DNA of 64,000 bases from assembly GCA_963707985.1 (NCBI GenBank), contig CAVPRW010000008.1:64001-128000 (forward strand). Direction: 5' to 3'. Origin of the DNA: an uncultured Nitrospinota bacterium. Its GTDB lineage: Bacteria > Tectomicrobia > Entotheonellia > J063 > CAVPRW01. Both the position numbers and the translations under genes were made by a program. The notes under the pieces were generated by a model. It ran no database searches. It saw only the letters and a list, made by a program, of their open reading frames with translations, and was not told where the DNA came from. Positions 42,524-51,711 of the stretch are shown piece by piece; position 1 is the stretch's first letter; each line of letters begins with the position of its first letter.

Positions 42524-42539
42524 GGAGCTGAGAGGACCG

Positions 42540-43133
42540 ATGTCGGGGATGTTGGCATGGCTGCATCTAGCGCTGGGGAGTATCGCGTTGCTGGGAATTG
42601 TTGCGATGCCAGCCAGGGCACATCATGGCGGACTAGGGATCGAGGGCGATATCATCGCCTGGTCGTTGAAGGTTGACCAATGGCAACAAGAGAGTTTTGT
42701 CAATGGCTATCGCATTAAATTCCTGGCCTACCCCCGCAATGCCATCGCCAACCGATCGACGCGACTAGTGTTTGAGGTCCAGTCCGTTGCCTCCGGGCAT
42801 TATATCGGAGGACTGATAGCCGAGGTAATCATTCGCTTTCCGACAGCCGAGGAGCAGGTGTTTGCCGCACCCGAAATCCCCGGCGTGACCGCCTACTACG
42901 AGCTTTCCTATACGTTTCCGACACCCGGTGAATATACTGTCGTCTTTCGAACGCAGGCGAATAGCCAGGAAGTGACAGCGGCCTTTGCTCAACTGGTGTC
43001 GGCCAACCCGCTCTTCGGTGATTGGACTACGATAGTGGGAAATGGTGTCGTGCTTGTCGCTTTCATCGTCACTTGGCTCGGCGCGGTCCTCACTTTGCAA
43101 CGGCGTCTCCTGCCGGATGTCATGCCATTTTGA
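42540..43133 (+). CDS. Exported protein with N-terminal HHGG, Ig-like (YtkA/FixH-like) region and C-terminal TM
   Basis: Signal ARA-HHGG; YELSYTFPTPGEYTVVF; hydrophobic C-terminus. Confidence 0.6.
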   Translation: MSGMLAWLHLALGSIALLGIVAMPARAHHGGLGIEGDIIAWSLKVDQWQQESFVNGYRIKFLAYPRNAIANRSTRLVFEVQSVASGHYIGGLIAEVIIRFPTAEEQVFAAPEIPGVTAYYELSYTFPTPGEYTVVFRTQANSQEVTAAFAQLVSANPLFGDWTTIVGNGVVLVAFIVTWLGAVLTLQRRLLPDVMPF

Positions 43134-43265
43134 ATGTTTATATGCAGAGAGCCATGCCTAGAGCGCTTGGGGTTGGCAGCGGAGCAGCCCCCGTTTCACA
43201 GCCTGTGTAGCCTATACTCCATTAGCTTTGACTGGTGCTGCTCCGCTGCCATGGCTGTTCTGCGG

Positions 43266-43649
43266 CTAAGCCGTGCCAGCCATGAGCGATTTCTGGGTCG
43301 CCCGGTCAAGTTTGCCTGTCTTCGGTAAGTGGTGTGCTGCCTGATAGTCGCGGAGCGCTTCCCGAGTCTTGGGGCCCATGTGCCCGTCCACGGGGCCGGG
43401 ATCAAATCCCGCCGCTTTCAATTGCTCTTGAGCCTGACTGACCTTCTTACCCCCGCTGCTGGTCGATTTGTGGTGCTTTTTGGCCAACCGGTTATCTTCC
43501 TCGACCATGTCGGCCGTCGCATCAGATGTTTCCCCCCATCCGAGCGACGGCAGGCTGAGTGCCCCGAGGGCCAGCCCCAGCAACCCACCGAACTTCAAGA
43601 ACTTGCGACGTGAGAGATCCACCTCATGCTGCGCCTCGTGCTTCATCAT
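43266..43649 (-). CDS. Tat-signal protein with a peptidoglycan-binding domain
   Basis: SRRKFLK signal; AQEQLKAAGFDPGPVDGHMGPKTREALRDYQ...TGKLD; RBS aaggag. Confidence 0.88.
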   Translation of the reverse strand: MMKHEAQHEVDLSRRKFLKFGGLLGLALGALSLPSLGWGETSDATADMVEEDNRLAKKHHKSTSSGGKKVSQAQEQLKAAGFDPGPVDGHMGPKTREALRDYQAAHHLPKTGKLDRATQKSLMAGTA

Positions 43650-44014
43650 CCGCTCCTTTCGTACGGCACAAGCGATCCTGGCAGTCACGGCCTGGTCTGA
43701 CAGGTCCCAAACATTTGGGTAAAGCCAATTCCCTTGCATGGTGGGTGGCATGCTGTCCCGCCTCGACGACATGGCCAGATATCCGCCGCTGGTACCACAT
43801 GTGAGACGATGCTCTCTGGCTAAAGCCATAGGATTGCGCCCTATGCGGGTATGCCGGGGCGTGTAACGGGCCTTCACGGAAGGTTGACAGAGGACAGACA
43901 GTAACCGAGGAAAGTAGCTAGACAAGTTGGGGGGAGAAAACATCAAAATGGCCATGGGTGGTCCCGAAGGGGATATGCGCTCAGCCCACCAGCACATCCC
44001 ATTCTAGCGCGCCA

Positions 44015-44338
44015 ATGGAGCTTGTAAAGGAAATTGTTGCATCCACTGCCGAGTGGGAGCACTTGCTTGATCTGCCGTGGCATCTTCGGTACGCTGCCGA
44101 AGCAGTCCTATCGGTCGGGCTGAAGGCATGGCTGGAAGCAGTGCAAACCATGATGCGGGCAGCATTGGTCCTGACACGTCAGCGCCCCGACGAGCTACTC
44201 TCTCCGATAACCCTGGATGCCTGGGAGGAGCGACCACGCACGCCTAGTAACGCTGGGAACACGCAGGCATTACAGGTGACCGACGCCGACAAGATCGAGG
44301 AGGAGATCGCACAAGAGACGCTGTCGTCCTATCGGTAG
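44015..44338 (+). CDS. Hypothetical protein
   Basis: Open frame with helical, protein-like composition in otherwise unassigned space; no clear RBS or motif. Confidence 0.4.
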   Translation: MELVKEIVASTAEWEHLLDLPWHLRYAAEAVLSVGLKAWLEAVQTMMRAALVLTRQRPDELLSPITLDAWEERPRTPSNAGNTQALQVTDADKIEEEIAQETLSSYR

Positions 44339-44445
44339 AGGCCGTCCGTCCAGCAAGCGGCTGGGGGCGTGTCCCTGGTCCATTCCAAGATCGATGAGTA
44401 TCGATAAAGCCTACCGCCATAGAGGCCATAGATCGAGACGGAAAG

Positions 44446-44925
44446 TCAGCTCTCAAACGTGATGGAAACAATCTCATAAATGAGGATGCCTCTGGGGACG
44501 CGGACTTCAACCGAGTCCCCGGTCCGCTTGCCCACCAGAGCTCGGCCAACCGGTGATTGGATCGAAATCCAGCCTTTCTGAGGGATTGCCTCATCCGCGC
44601 CGACCAAGCGAAACGCTTTCTCCTCATCGGTATCAGCCTCGCGCACCTGTACAGTTGCGCCGAACACGACACGATCACCCCCCAGTGCTCCTGTATCGAT
44701 GATTTCGGCGTTGGCTAACTGTGTTTCCAGATGCCGAATTTTCGCCTCGGTGATGGCTTGTTTCTCCTTGGCACCGTGATACTCAGCGTTCTCCCGCAGG
44801 TCCCCCTCCTCGCGCGCCAGCCGCACCGCCTCGATTACCTGAGGCCGGACCACTGCCCTGAGATGTTTCAGCTCATTCACTAACGCCTCGTATCCCTGCC
44901 GTGTCATCGGGGCTTTCTCAGCCAT
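44446..44925 (-). CDS. greA: Transcription elongation factor GreA
   Basis: GDLRENAEYHGAKE, VVFGATV and SPVGRALVGK. Confidence 0.96.
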   Translation of the reverse strand: MAEKAPMTRQGYEALVNELKHLRAVVRPQVIEAVRLAREEGDLRENAEYHGAKEKQAITEAKIRHLETQLANAEIIDTGALGGDRVVFGATVQVREADTDEEKAFRLVGADEAIPQKGWISIQSPVGRALVGKRTGDSVEVRVPRGILIYEIVSITFES

Positions 44926-45275
44926 AGACCTCTTTCCCTCCACGCCATTTGGGCCATCTACATTCAGTCGCGACAACCCTCCGGTTCTCTCCAAGCTATT
45001 ACATATATAAAGCCTAGCATCAGAAGGCAAGTGGGAGGTAGGAAATTGTGTCCAGAAGATTGAATTTATTGCCACACCTTGCATGATCGCAAACGCCCGC
45101 CCACGCACCTACGAGGTCTGATGATGTGGCCTGCCGAATACCTACTGCCATGCCTCTAAGGGTTGACACACGACAAGGTGTAGGGCTAACATGGACGAGG
45201 TACATGGCAACCGCAGGCTGGGCGTTTCAGGCTCAGGGCCGCTCCAACCGGTCCAAGATGTGAGAGGTGAGCGTC

Positions 45276-45560
45276 ATGGCTGCCGTAATCTGTGATTTCT
45301 ACGGGGTTGAAGAAGATAAGGTCACTATCGAGGTCGAGGAACGATTTCTCCAAGAACAGCAACAGTTCGATTTTGAAGGTGAGCGCTATATCATTCTATC
45401 GGTGGTGTGGACGAAGGAAGGCCCCAAGGCTAACGTAATGCCCTATTGGGAATATACCTCGTTGCACACGAAATCACGCCGGGGGTTGGTCATGCCGGTC
45501 GAGGCTAATGGCGAATCCCCGCTGGTGCGCGAGATCGATCGACGGCGGAGGACCTCATGA
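45276..45560 (+). CDS. Hypothetical protein coupled to the AOR gene
   Basis: RBS gaggtg; stop overlaps the AOR start (ATGA); TTGACA-N18-TAACAT lies upstream. Confidence 0.7.
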   Translation: MAAVICDFYGVEEDKVTIEVEERFLQEQQQFDFEGERYIILSVVWTKEGPKANVMPYWEYTSLHTKSRRGLVMPVEANGESPLVREIDRRRRTS

Positions 45561-47413
45561 ATGGTTACGGCGGACGTATCCTCACAGTTGACCTGTCGAC
45601 CGGATCGAGTCGCATTGACACCTTTGATGACCAGTTTGCACGCCTCTACCTGGGGGGCAACGGTATAGCGGTCCGCCTGTTATACGATCGGTTGCAGGCG
45701 GGGGTGGATGCTTTCGATCCTCGTAACTGCGTCGTGCTGGCGGTGGGGCCAGTGACCGATTCCAACATCCCGGGCAATAGTCGTCTGTGCGTCGCCAGCA
45801 AGTCACCACTCACCGGACTCTTCTTCGACTCCACCTTCGGCGGCCGATTTCCTTGCACGTTTAAGCGTACCGGTTTCGATGCGCTGGTGATCACTGGTCG
45901 TGCGCCCCAGCCAGTCTACCTCTTGCTGACCACCGATGGCATTCACATCAAACCAGCCGACGCTCTGTGGGGTACGTTGACCCAGGCATGCGTCGAGCGC
46001 TTACAAGCAATTGAGGGGGATGATGCAGACGTGACCTGCATCGGCCCTGCCGGAGAACATCGCGTCCGCTTCGCTGCCATGGCTCACTATTGGAAAAACC
46101 GCGGCGCTATCGCCGGCCGGGGTGGTATGGGTGCAGTGCTGGGTTCGAAAGGCGTGAAGGCCATCGTTGTCAGTGGCAACCGCAAGATGACCCTTGCCGA
46201 CCAGGCGGCGCTCAGCAGCCTCTATAAGTCGACATACAGCGGCATGCTCACCGGTACCAAGGCCCTCAGCACGTTCGGGACCGCAGTGTTGGTCAATCCC
46301 ATCAATACGATGGGCGCGCTGGGTACCAGGAATCTAGCCATGGAGGTATTCGAGCAGGCCGAGTCCATCAGCGGTGAACGCTTTAAGGATCTGTATTGGG
46401 AACGTGACACCACCTGCCTGAAATGCCCCGTGGCCTGTGGGAAAGATTTTAAGGTCGATGAGGGGGAGTTTGCCGGCACACGCTGGAAGATGCCAGAGTA
46501 CGAAAGCATCTTCGCCCTCGGATCGATGTTGGAAAATGCCAATGCCCCCTCCCTGATCAAAGCCAACGAGTTGTGCGATCAGCTCGGCATGGACACCATT
46601 TCCATGGGCGTCACCATCGCCTTTGCTATGGAGTGTGCAGCACGAGGCCTTTTGACCGCTCAGGACATCGGGCAAGAGCTGCACTGGGGAGACTATCATG
46701 CCATGCTGCACTTGGTGGACGCGACGGCCTATCGGCAGGGGTTTGGGGACCTCCTGGCTGAGGGCTCATGTCGTCTGGCCGATCGTTTGGGAAACGGTGC
46801 ACACCAATATCTGTATGCCGTGAAGGGATTGGAGTTGCCGGCGCACTCCGCCCGTGCCCTGAAGGGTATGAGCATCGGCTATGCCACCGCCACCCGTGGT
46901 GGTTCGCACCACGACACCCGGCCTACCATGCAATATCGCCCCGAGTTCGATCATTCGACGATCGATGGCAAGGCGGAATATGCCATGCGCAGCCAACATT
47001 ATACGGCGGTCGGGGATTCCTTGGTCCTCTGTCGGTTCACCGGCGAACGGGGTTTTGGGATGCTGCTAAACGAGTCCTTCGCCCAGATGGTCAACGGTGT
47101 GACCGGTTTTGGCATGACCACGGAAGACCTCGAGCGCGTGGGCGAGCGCATTATCAATCTGGAGCGGGCCTTCAATGTGCGCGAAGGGGTGCGGCGCAAG
47201 GATGACTTGCTACCCTATCGCGTCATGCATGAACCGATCCCCTTTGGCCCGTCGAAGGGGCGATACTGTCCCCCTGACGAGCTGGATCGCATGCTCGATG
47301 AGTTCTACACGCTGCGTCACTGGTCCCGTGATGGGGTCCCGACTCGGGAGCACCTCGTGGCCCTGGAGCTGCAGGACGTGGTCGAGACGATGGGGGCGAC
47401 TGGACAACTATAG
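45557..47413 (+). CDS. Aldehyde:ferredoxin oxidoreductase family (tungsten/molybdopterin)
   Basis: KSPLTG, IGPAGE, GRGGMGAVLGSKGVKA, CLKCPVAC, PEYES, DQLGMDTIS, DSLVLC and ERAFNVREG. Confidence 0.94.
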   Translation: MNGYGGRILTVDLSTGSSRIDTFDDQFARLYLGGNGIAVRLLYDRLQAGVDAFDPRNCVVLAVGPVTDSNIPGNSRLCVASKSPLTGLFFDSTFGGRFPCTFKRTGFDALVITGRAPQPVYLLLTTDGIHIKPADALWGTLTQACVERLQAIEGDDADVTCIGPAGEHRVRFAAMAHYWKNRGAIAGRGGMGAVLGSKGVKAIVVSGNRKMTLADQAALSSLYKSTYSGMLTGTKALSTFGTAVLVNPINTMGALGTRNLAMEVFEQAESISGERFKDLYWERDTTCLKCPVACGKDFKVDEGEFAGTRWKMPEYESIFALGSMLENANAPSLIKANELCDQLGMDTISMGVTIAFAMECAARGLLTAQDIGQELHWGDYHAMLHLVDATAYRQGFGDLLAEGSCRLADRLGNGAHQYLYAVKGLELPAHSARALKGMSIGYATATRGGSHHDTRPTMQYRPEFDHSTIDGKAEYAMRSQHYTAVGDSLVLCRFTGERGFGMLLNESFAQMVNGVTGFGMTTEDLERVGERIINLERAFNVREGVRRKDDLLPYRVMHEPIPFGPSKGRYCPPDELDRMLDEFYTLRHWSRDGVPTREHLVALELQDVVETMGATGQL

Positions 47414-47428
47414 AGAGGGCCTTAGACG

Positions 47429-49108
47429 ATGCCGGTCATCACAGGGCGCCATGCCTTTTTAGAGGTATTGCATCAAGAGGGCGTTGAGTATATTTTCGGT
47501 AATCCCGGCACCACCGAGCTGCCACTGATGGATGCTCTGGTTGATCGACCAGATTTCAAATACATCCTGGCCCTACAAGAAGCTGCGGCGGTTGGCATGG
47601 CGGATGGTTATGCGCAGGCCTCGGGCAAGGTTGGAGTGCTCAATCTGCATGTCAGCCCAGGACTTGGCAACGCCCTTGGGGTGCTGTATGACAGTTGGCG
47701 GATGAAGACGCCGTTGCTCGTCACCGCTGGCCAGCAGGACCAGCGGTATCAGCTCTCCGAGCCGCTGTTGTGGTCAGAGCTGATCCCTCTGATCCGGATG
47801 TATGCCAAATGGACGTGGGAGCCGCGCAATATTAAGGATCTCGTCACTGCGACTCGCCGCGCACTCAAAGTTGCCATGACGCCGCCGACCGGAATAGTGT
47901 TTCTCTCCCTACCGATGGATGTCCTGTATGGCGAAGGGGAGACCGAGTTGTGGACGACGCCGTCGACTCCAACCCGACTGCGCGCCGATCGAACCGCCCT
48001 TGAGCAAGCTGCAACACTCTTACTCCAGGCTCAACACCCGATCATCGTGGTTGGAGATGATGTGGGGGCTTCCGATGCTCTTCTGGAAGCGGCGGCCCTC
48101 GCCGAGCTTCTAGGGGCACGTGTTTTCAGCGATACCTCCCCCGGTCGGACGGATTTCCCCTCTGATCATCCTCTCTACCAGGGCATCCTCGTGCGTTCAC
48201 AGCCAGCTGTACGCGCCATTTTGGAGCAAGCAGACCTGATGTTCGCCCTGGGCGCTGAGGTTTTTCCCTTCTCACTTCCTTCAGAGGTCGAGCCGGTGCC
48301 AGCACAGTTGACCATCGTGCACATGCATTCCGATCCCTGGGAGGTGGGCAAGACCTATCCAGCGAAGGTGGGGATCATCGGCGATCTCAAGGTCAGCCTC
48401 CCTGAGTTGACGCAGATCATCCGCGCCCAGCAGACTGCAACACAACGGCAAGAGGCTCGCATGCGTGCCGAGCATGCTGCTCAGGCCAAGCAAACCGCCT
48501 ATGAAAGCCTCAAAGCTCTGACAGCAGAAGTGTCCAATCGTCTGCCTATTCCAGCGGCAGTGTTGATGCAGACGATCGCCGAGGCTGTCCCAGCCGATAC
48601 CATTATCGTTGATGAATCGATCACCTCTGGTGCGACGTTGCGCGATTTTCTGGTGCGTACCACCGCTGACAGTTTTTATGGCATGCGTGGCGGCGGGCTC
48701 GGTTGGGGATTTCCCGCCACGGTGGGGGTGAAACTGGCCAAGCCAGACCGTCCAGTGTTGGGTATTATCGGCGACGGCAGCGCCCTCTACGCCAACCAGG
48801 CGTTGTGGACGGCTGCACACTATCAGATCCCGGTTGTGTGGCTCATCTGTAACAACGCACAGTATATGATTCTGAAGCGGCGCCTACACGCCTATGGAGG
48901 GGCGGCTGCGAAGACGGAGACTTACATCGGCTTGGATATGATGGATCCAGAAATTGATTTCCTGGCTTTGGCACGCGCCATGGGCGTCCATGGTGTCCGC
49001 GCCGAGGCCGCTGAAGCTGTCTCGAAAGCCTTGCGGGAAGCCCTATCACGTCAAGGGCCGACGCTAATCGATGTGCCCATTGAGCGCTCGATAAGGCCTG
49101 CCCTGTGA
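47429..49108 (+). CDS. ThDP-dependent decarboxylase, benzoylformate decarboxylase (MdlC)-like
   Basis: FGNPGTTELP, LQEAAAVGMADGYAQ, GGLGWG and GDGS...NN. Confidence 0.88.
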   Translation: MPVITGRHAFLEVLHQEGVEYIFGNPGTTELPLMDALVDRPDFKYILALQEAAAVGMADGYAQASGKVGVLNLHVSPGLGNALGVLYDSWRMKTPLLVTAGQQDQRYQLSEPLLWSELIPLIRMYAKWTWEPRNIKDLVTATRRALKVAMTPPTGIVFLSLPMDVLYGEGETELWTTPSTPTRLRADRTALEQAATLLLQAQHPIIVVGDDVGASDALLEAAALAELLGARVFSDTSPGRTDFPSDHPLYQGILVRSQPAVRAILEQADLMFALGAEVFPFSLPSEVEPVPAQLTIVHMHSDPWEVGKTYPAKVGIIGDLKVSLPELTQIIRAQQTATQRQEARMRAEHAAQAKQTAYESLKALTAEVSNRLPIPAAVLMQTIAEAVPADTIIVDESITSGATLRDFLVRTTADSFYGMRGGGLGWGFPATVGVKLAKPDRPVLGIIGDGSALYANQALWTAAHYQIPVVWLICNNAQYMILKRRLHAYGGAAAKTETYIGLDMMDPEIDFLALARAMGVHGVRAEAAEAVSKALREALSRQGPTLIDVPIERSIRPAL

Positions 49109-49396
49109 GGCAAGGCGTGTGTGAACGGGTGGCTTGATCCCGTCGACCCGAATTTCGTCTGGGTGGGTCGGAGCCGAGTCCCCAAGGATAGCTTTGCATA
49201 TCCTCAGTGTCTCGCTCGATGCACAGACGCATTTCCGCAACCGTATACGGTCCCTAGAGGAGTGCCCCTCGATGCCGCCTCCGACATTTCGGACACCGGC
49301 TAGCCGCCCCTCATGGACATCGTTCCGTAGCGGTGCGATGCGTCCACAGGAAAACCGTCTGCACCGGAACGCTCTGCCCCCGCATGCAAACTATCA

Positions 49397-50128
49397 TTAG
49401 GTAGGGTATTGGGGCGTGCGGCGCCGCGGCGTGAGCAGCATAAAGGGATCGTCGATCTTCAATGGCTCAGTCGCAATGAACCCTTGTGCGTACTGCACCC
49501 CAATCGATACGCCACGAGCGCGGGCGACGGCAACGAGCGTATCAACAAAGTCATATCGCTCCGTCTCGGTGTTGTAGAACTGTGAGTGGTGGCATTTCAA
49601 CACTTCCACCCACTGATCGATGTATTCCGAGATGTCCACGACAAATGAGGGCGACATTTCTCGGGGATACAAATAGTAAAAAATGTTGGACACACTATGT
49701 GGCTCGCCCTCTAGCGGTAGAGCCCGGAGGTGGGCAAAATTTACGCCATGGCTCACCAAGTACCCAGCGGTTTGGTGGTCCGTATGTCCCACCCCCCGCC
49801 CCGGAGGGCCATCCCAATAAGGCGCCAGCACAATCCTCGGACGTTGCTGGCGGACGGCCCTCGCGATCTTCAGGCGGCTCTCAAAATCGTCCAGAACCCG
49901 ACAGTCCTGAAAATCCATCACTTCCACATGATCCAACCCCAAAACCTGGGCAGCAGCCGTCAACTCCTGTCGGCGAACCTCGGGTGTCCCACGACTCCCC
50001 ATTTCGCCAACAGTCAGGTACACGATACCGGTCCGATAGCCCCGGTCCTTCATTTTCAGCAGCAGTCCTCCGCAACCGATTTCCGCATCATCAGGGTGAG
50101 CACCGAAGGCCAGGATGTCAACGGTCAT
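49397..50128 (-). CDS. bshB1: PIG-L family deacetylase, bacillithiol BshB1-like
   Basis: AHPDDAEIGCGG, GEMGSRGT, HTDH, VVDIS and HSQF. Confidence 0.8.
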   Translation of the reverse strand: MTVDILAFGAHPDDAEIGCGGLLLKMKDRGYRTGIVYLTVGEMGSRGTPEVRRQELTAAAQVLGLDHVEVMDFQDCRVLDDFESRLKIARAVRQQRPRIVLAPYWDGPPGRGVGHTDHQTAGYLVSHGVNFAHLRALPLEGEPHSVSNIFYYLYPREMSPSFVVDISEYIDQWVEVLKCHHSQFYNTETERYDFVDTLVAVARARGVSIGVQYAQGFIATEPLKIDDPFMLLTPRRRTPQYPT

Positions 50129-50269
50129 GCTGATCTCTCCCACCTCACAGGTCTGCGCAGCTTATGGCTTTTCTGCAGTCGTCCACTGTTTGGAAACTAT
50201 TGTATCACACCTGATGGCTAACCTCAGGTGATTGGCTATTGTGCGATGTTTTGGCCCCTATGACAAGGG

Positions 50270-50458
50270 TTACAAGTACCCGAGCGGATACTCCTCCGCA
50301 GGGGTGGGTGAGGCCGCCAGAAACTCCCGGCATGACTGGCAGAGTCGATTGTGTGGACCTTCAGAGAGAAACATACGGTCACACCGGAGACAGTCGCGTC
50401 GTTTGGGCTTCATTGTTCTCCGTGATGGTTTCGAGTGGGCTCTGACAGCACGTGCCAT
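50270..50458 (-). CDS. Small zinc-ribbon protein (62 aa)
   Basis: RBS gggagg; CLRC-x5-EGPHNRL-CQSC. Confidence 0.75.
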   Translation of the reverse strand: MARAVRAHSKPSRRTMKPKRRDCLRCDRMFLSEGPHNRLCQSCREFLAASPTPAEEYPLGYL

Positions 50459-50663
50459 CTTGTCCTCCCATCTGCAGGACTAGGATTCCTGCTCTTCAAT
50501 CTGCCAACGTCCTTCACGTTCATGCCGAGGTGAAGCATGTGACTACTCCTTCTCCACGCTCGATGAACAGGATGGACATCGTACACATCGCCGCACCTGC
50601 ATATGTTCAATCATGCGGTAAAGTTGGCCATGTTTAATGCGTTTCATTAGATGCGGTTCTCAT

Positions 50664-51176
50664 CTAAAAGTTCCTGGATCTGAGGCACAACTGCGTGCCT
50701 AAAAGCTGCGACGCCTCTACGGGCGTGAGTGCCGAAGCCTGATATCGCACCACCTTTAGACCGACGTTGCATCGAACGCGAGCTGCCAACTCGAAGGCCA
50801 GCTGCTCGCGTGCCGTGCCCGTCGCGCTTTGGTCGGACGCGTGTCCGCTGAGGGTTTTACACACGGTTTCGAAGACAAATCGCGATGGAACGGTGCCGAC
50901 AATGAACTCGACTGGGACTCCCTTTTTGAAAATTAGCATCGTCGGGACGGCCCGAATTTTGAAGCGTGCTGCGAGTTCGGGGTCAGCCGAAATGTTGACT
51001 TGGACAACCCGCAGTCGGCCAGCCAATGCCTCTGCTACTTGACCAAGCAATGGCTCCATCCGTCTCGACCATGGTGTCTGAAAATTCACCAATACGGGTA
51101 CCGATGAGTCAGTGACCTGGCGATCAAAACTCTCCGCGGTCACGTCTGGAACCTGCCCTTGCTGACGGATGTTCAC
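50664..51176 (-). CDS. Thioredoxin-fold protein lacking CxxC
   Basis: VTAESFDRQV...PVLVNFQTPWSRRM...ELAARFKIRAVPTMLIFKKG...VG; RBS ggagggg before GTG. Confidence 0.8.
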   Translation of the reverse strand: MNIRQQGQVPDVTAESFDRQVTDSSVPVLVNFQTPWSRRMEPLLGQVAEALAGRLRVVQVNISADPELAARFKIRAVPTMLIFKKGVPVEFIVGTVPSRFVFETVCKTLSGHASDQSATGTAREQLAFELAARVRCNVGLKVVRYQASALTPVEASQLLGTQLCLRSRNF

Positions 51177-51253
51177 GGGTTTCCCCTCCTGCTGTTCGTC
51201 ACCGATACTCCGCCGATGCCTCCGCGCTGCGTATACCTTCAACATTTTTGTTA

Positions 51254-51269
51254 TGCAAAATTGTTGCCA
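51254..51269 (-). promoter_or_regulatory. sigma54 (-24/-12) promoter
   Basis: Minus strand TGGCAACAATTTTGCA, about 80 bp upstream of the thioredoxin-like gene. Confidence 0.75.
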
Positions 51270-51388
51270 ATTATGAAACATCCATAGAATGGCAGATGCC
51301 GCCAACACGAATCCAGCTTTCACGCCTCGCCTGCAAGCCCGTCGATCGTTACACCTACTACGTTAGGCGACGGTCCGATGGATGTACC

Positions 51389-51458
51389 GTCAATTATTTG
51401 ACCATATGTCGCCACATGTCACCATCAGGATGTGACAATTGAGTCGCCACATGTGACA
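51389..51458. promoter_or_regulatory. Cluster of repeated and palindromic sites (candidate enhancer)
   Basis: GTCAA-N4-TTGAC; GTCGCCACATGT at 51408 and 51443; ATGTGACA twice. Confidence 0.6.
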
Positions 51459-51711
51459 CGATGGAAGACACCAACGTCGGATGGGTGTCTTGTCTTTCGC
51501 CTAGGGCAGCAGGCTCGTTCTACTCATAGAGATGCCTGCCGCCGGCAATTGATTCCTTGGAGTGCATGGCTGAGTGGCGAGAAATGGCTCATGGCTAGCG
51601 GTTCAGCCAGGCGTGGCGGGCAGTAGGGACGCCACCGCTCCGGAGGTGTGGTGTGGTTCTCCTGTGCAGGGCGGCGTCCGCTAGCAAGTGAAGTCGATGG
51701 TGGCGAAGGTG

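Noticed and set aside
43670..43860. Possible riboswitch in the leader of the Tat PG-binding gene
   Set aside because: Only fragments resemble GEMM; no coherent structure.
49121..49303. 60-aa ORF after the decarboxylase
   Set aside because: No convincing RBS or motif; cannot be supported.
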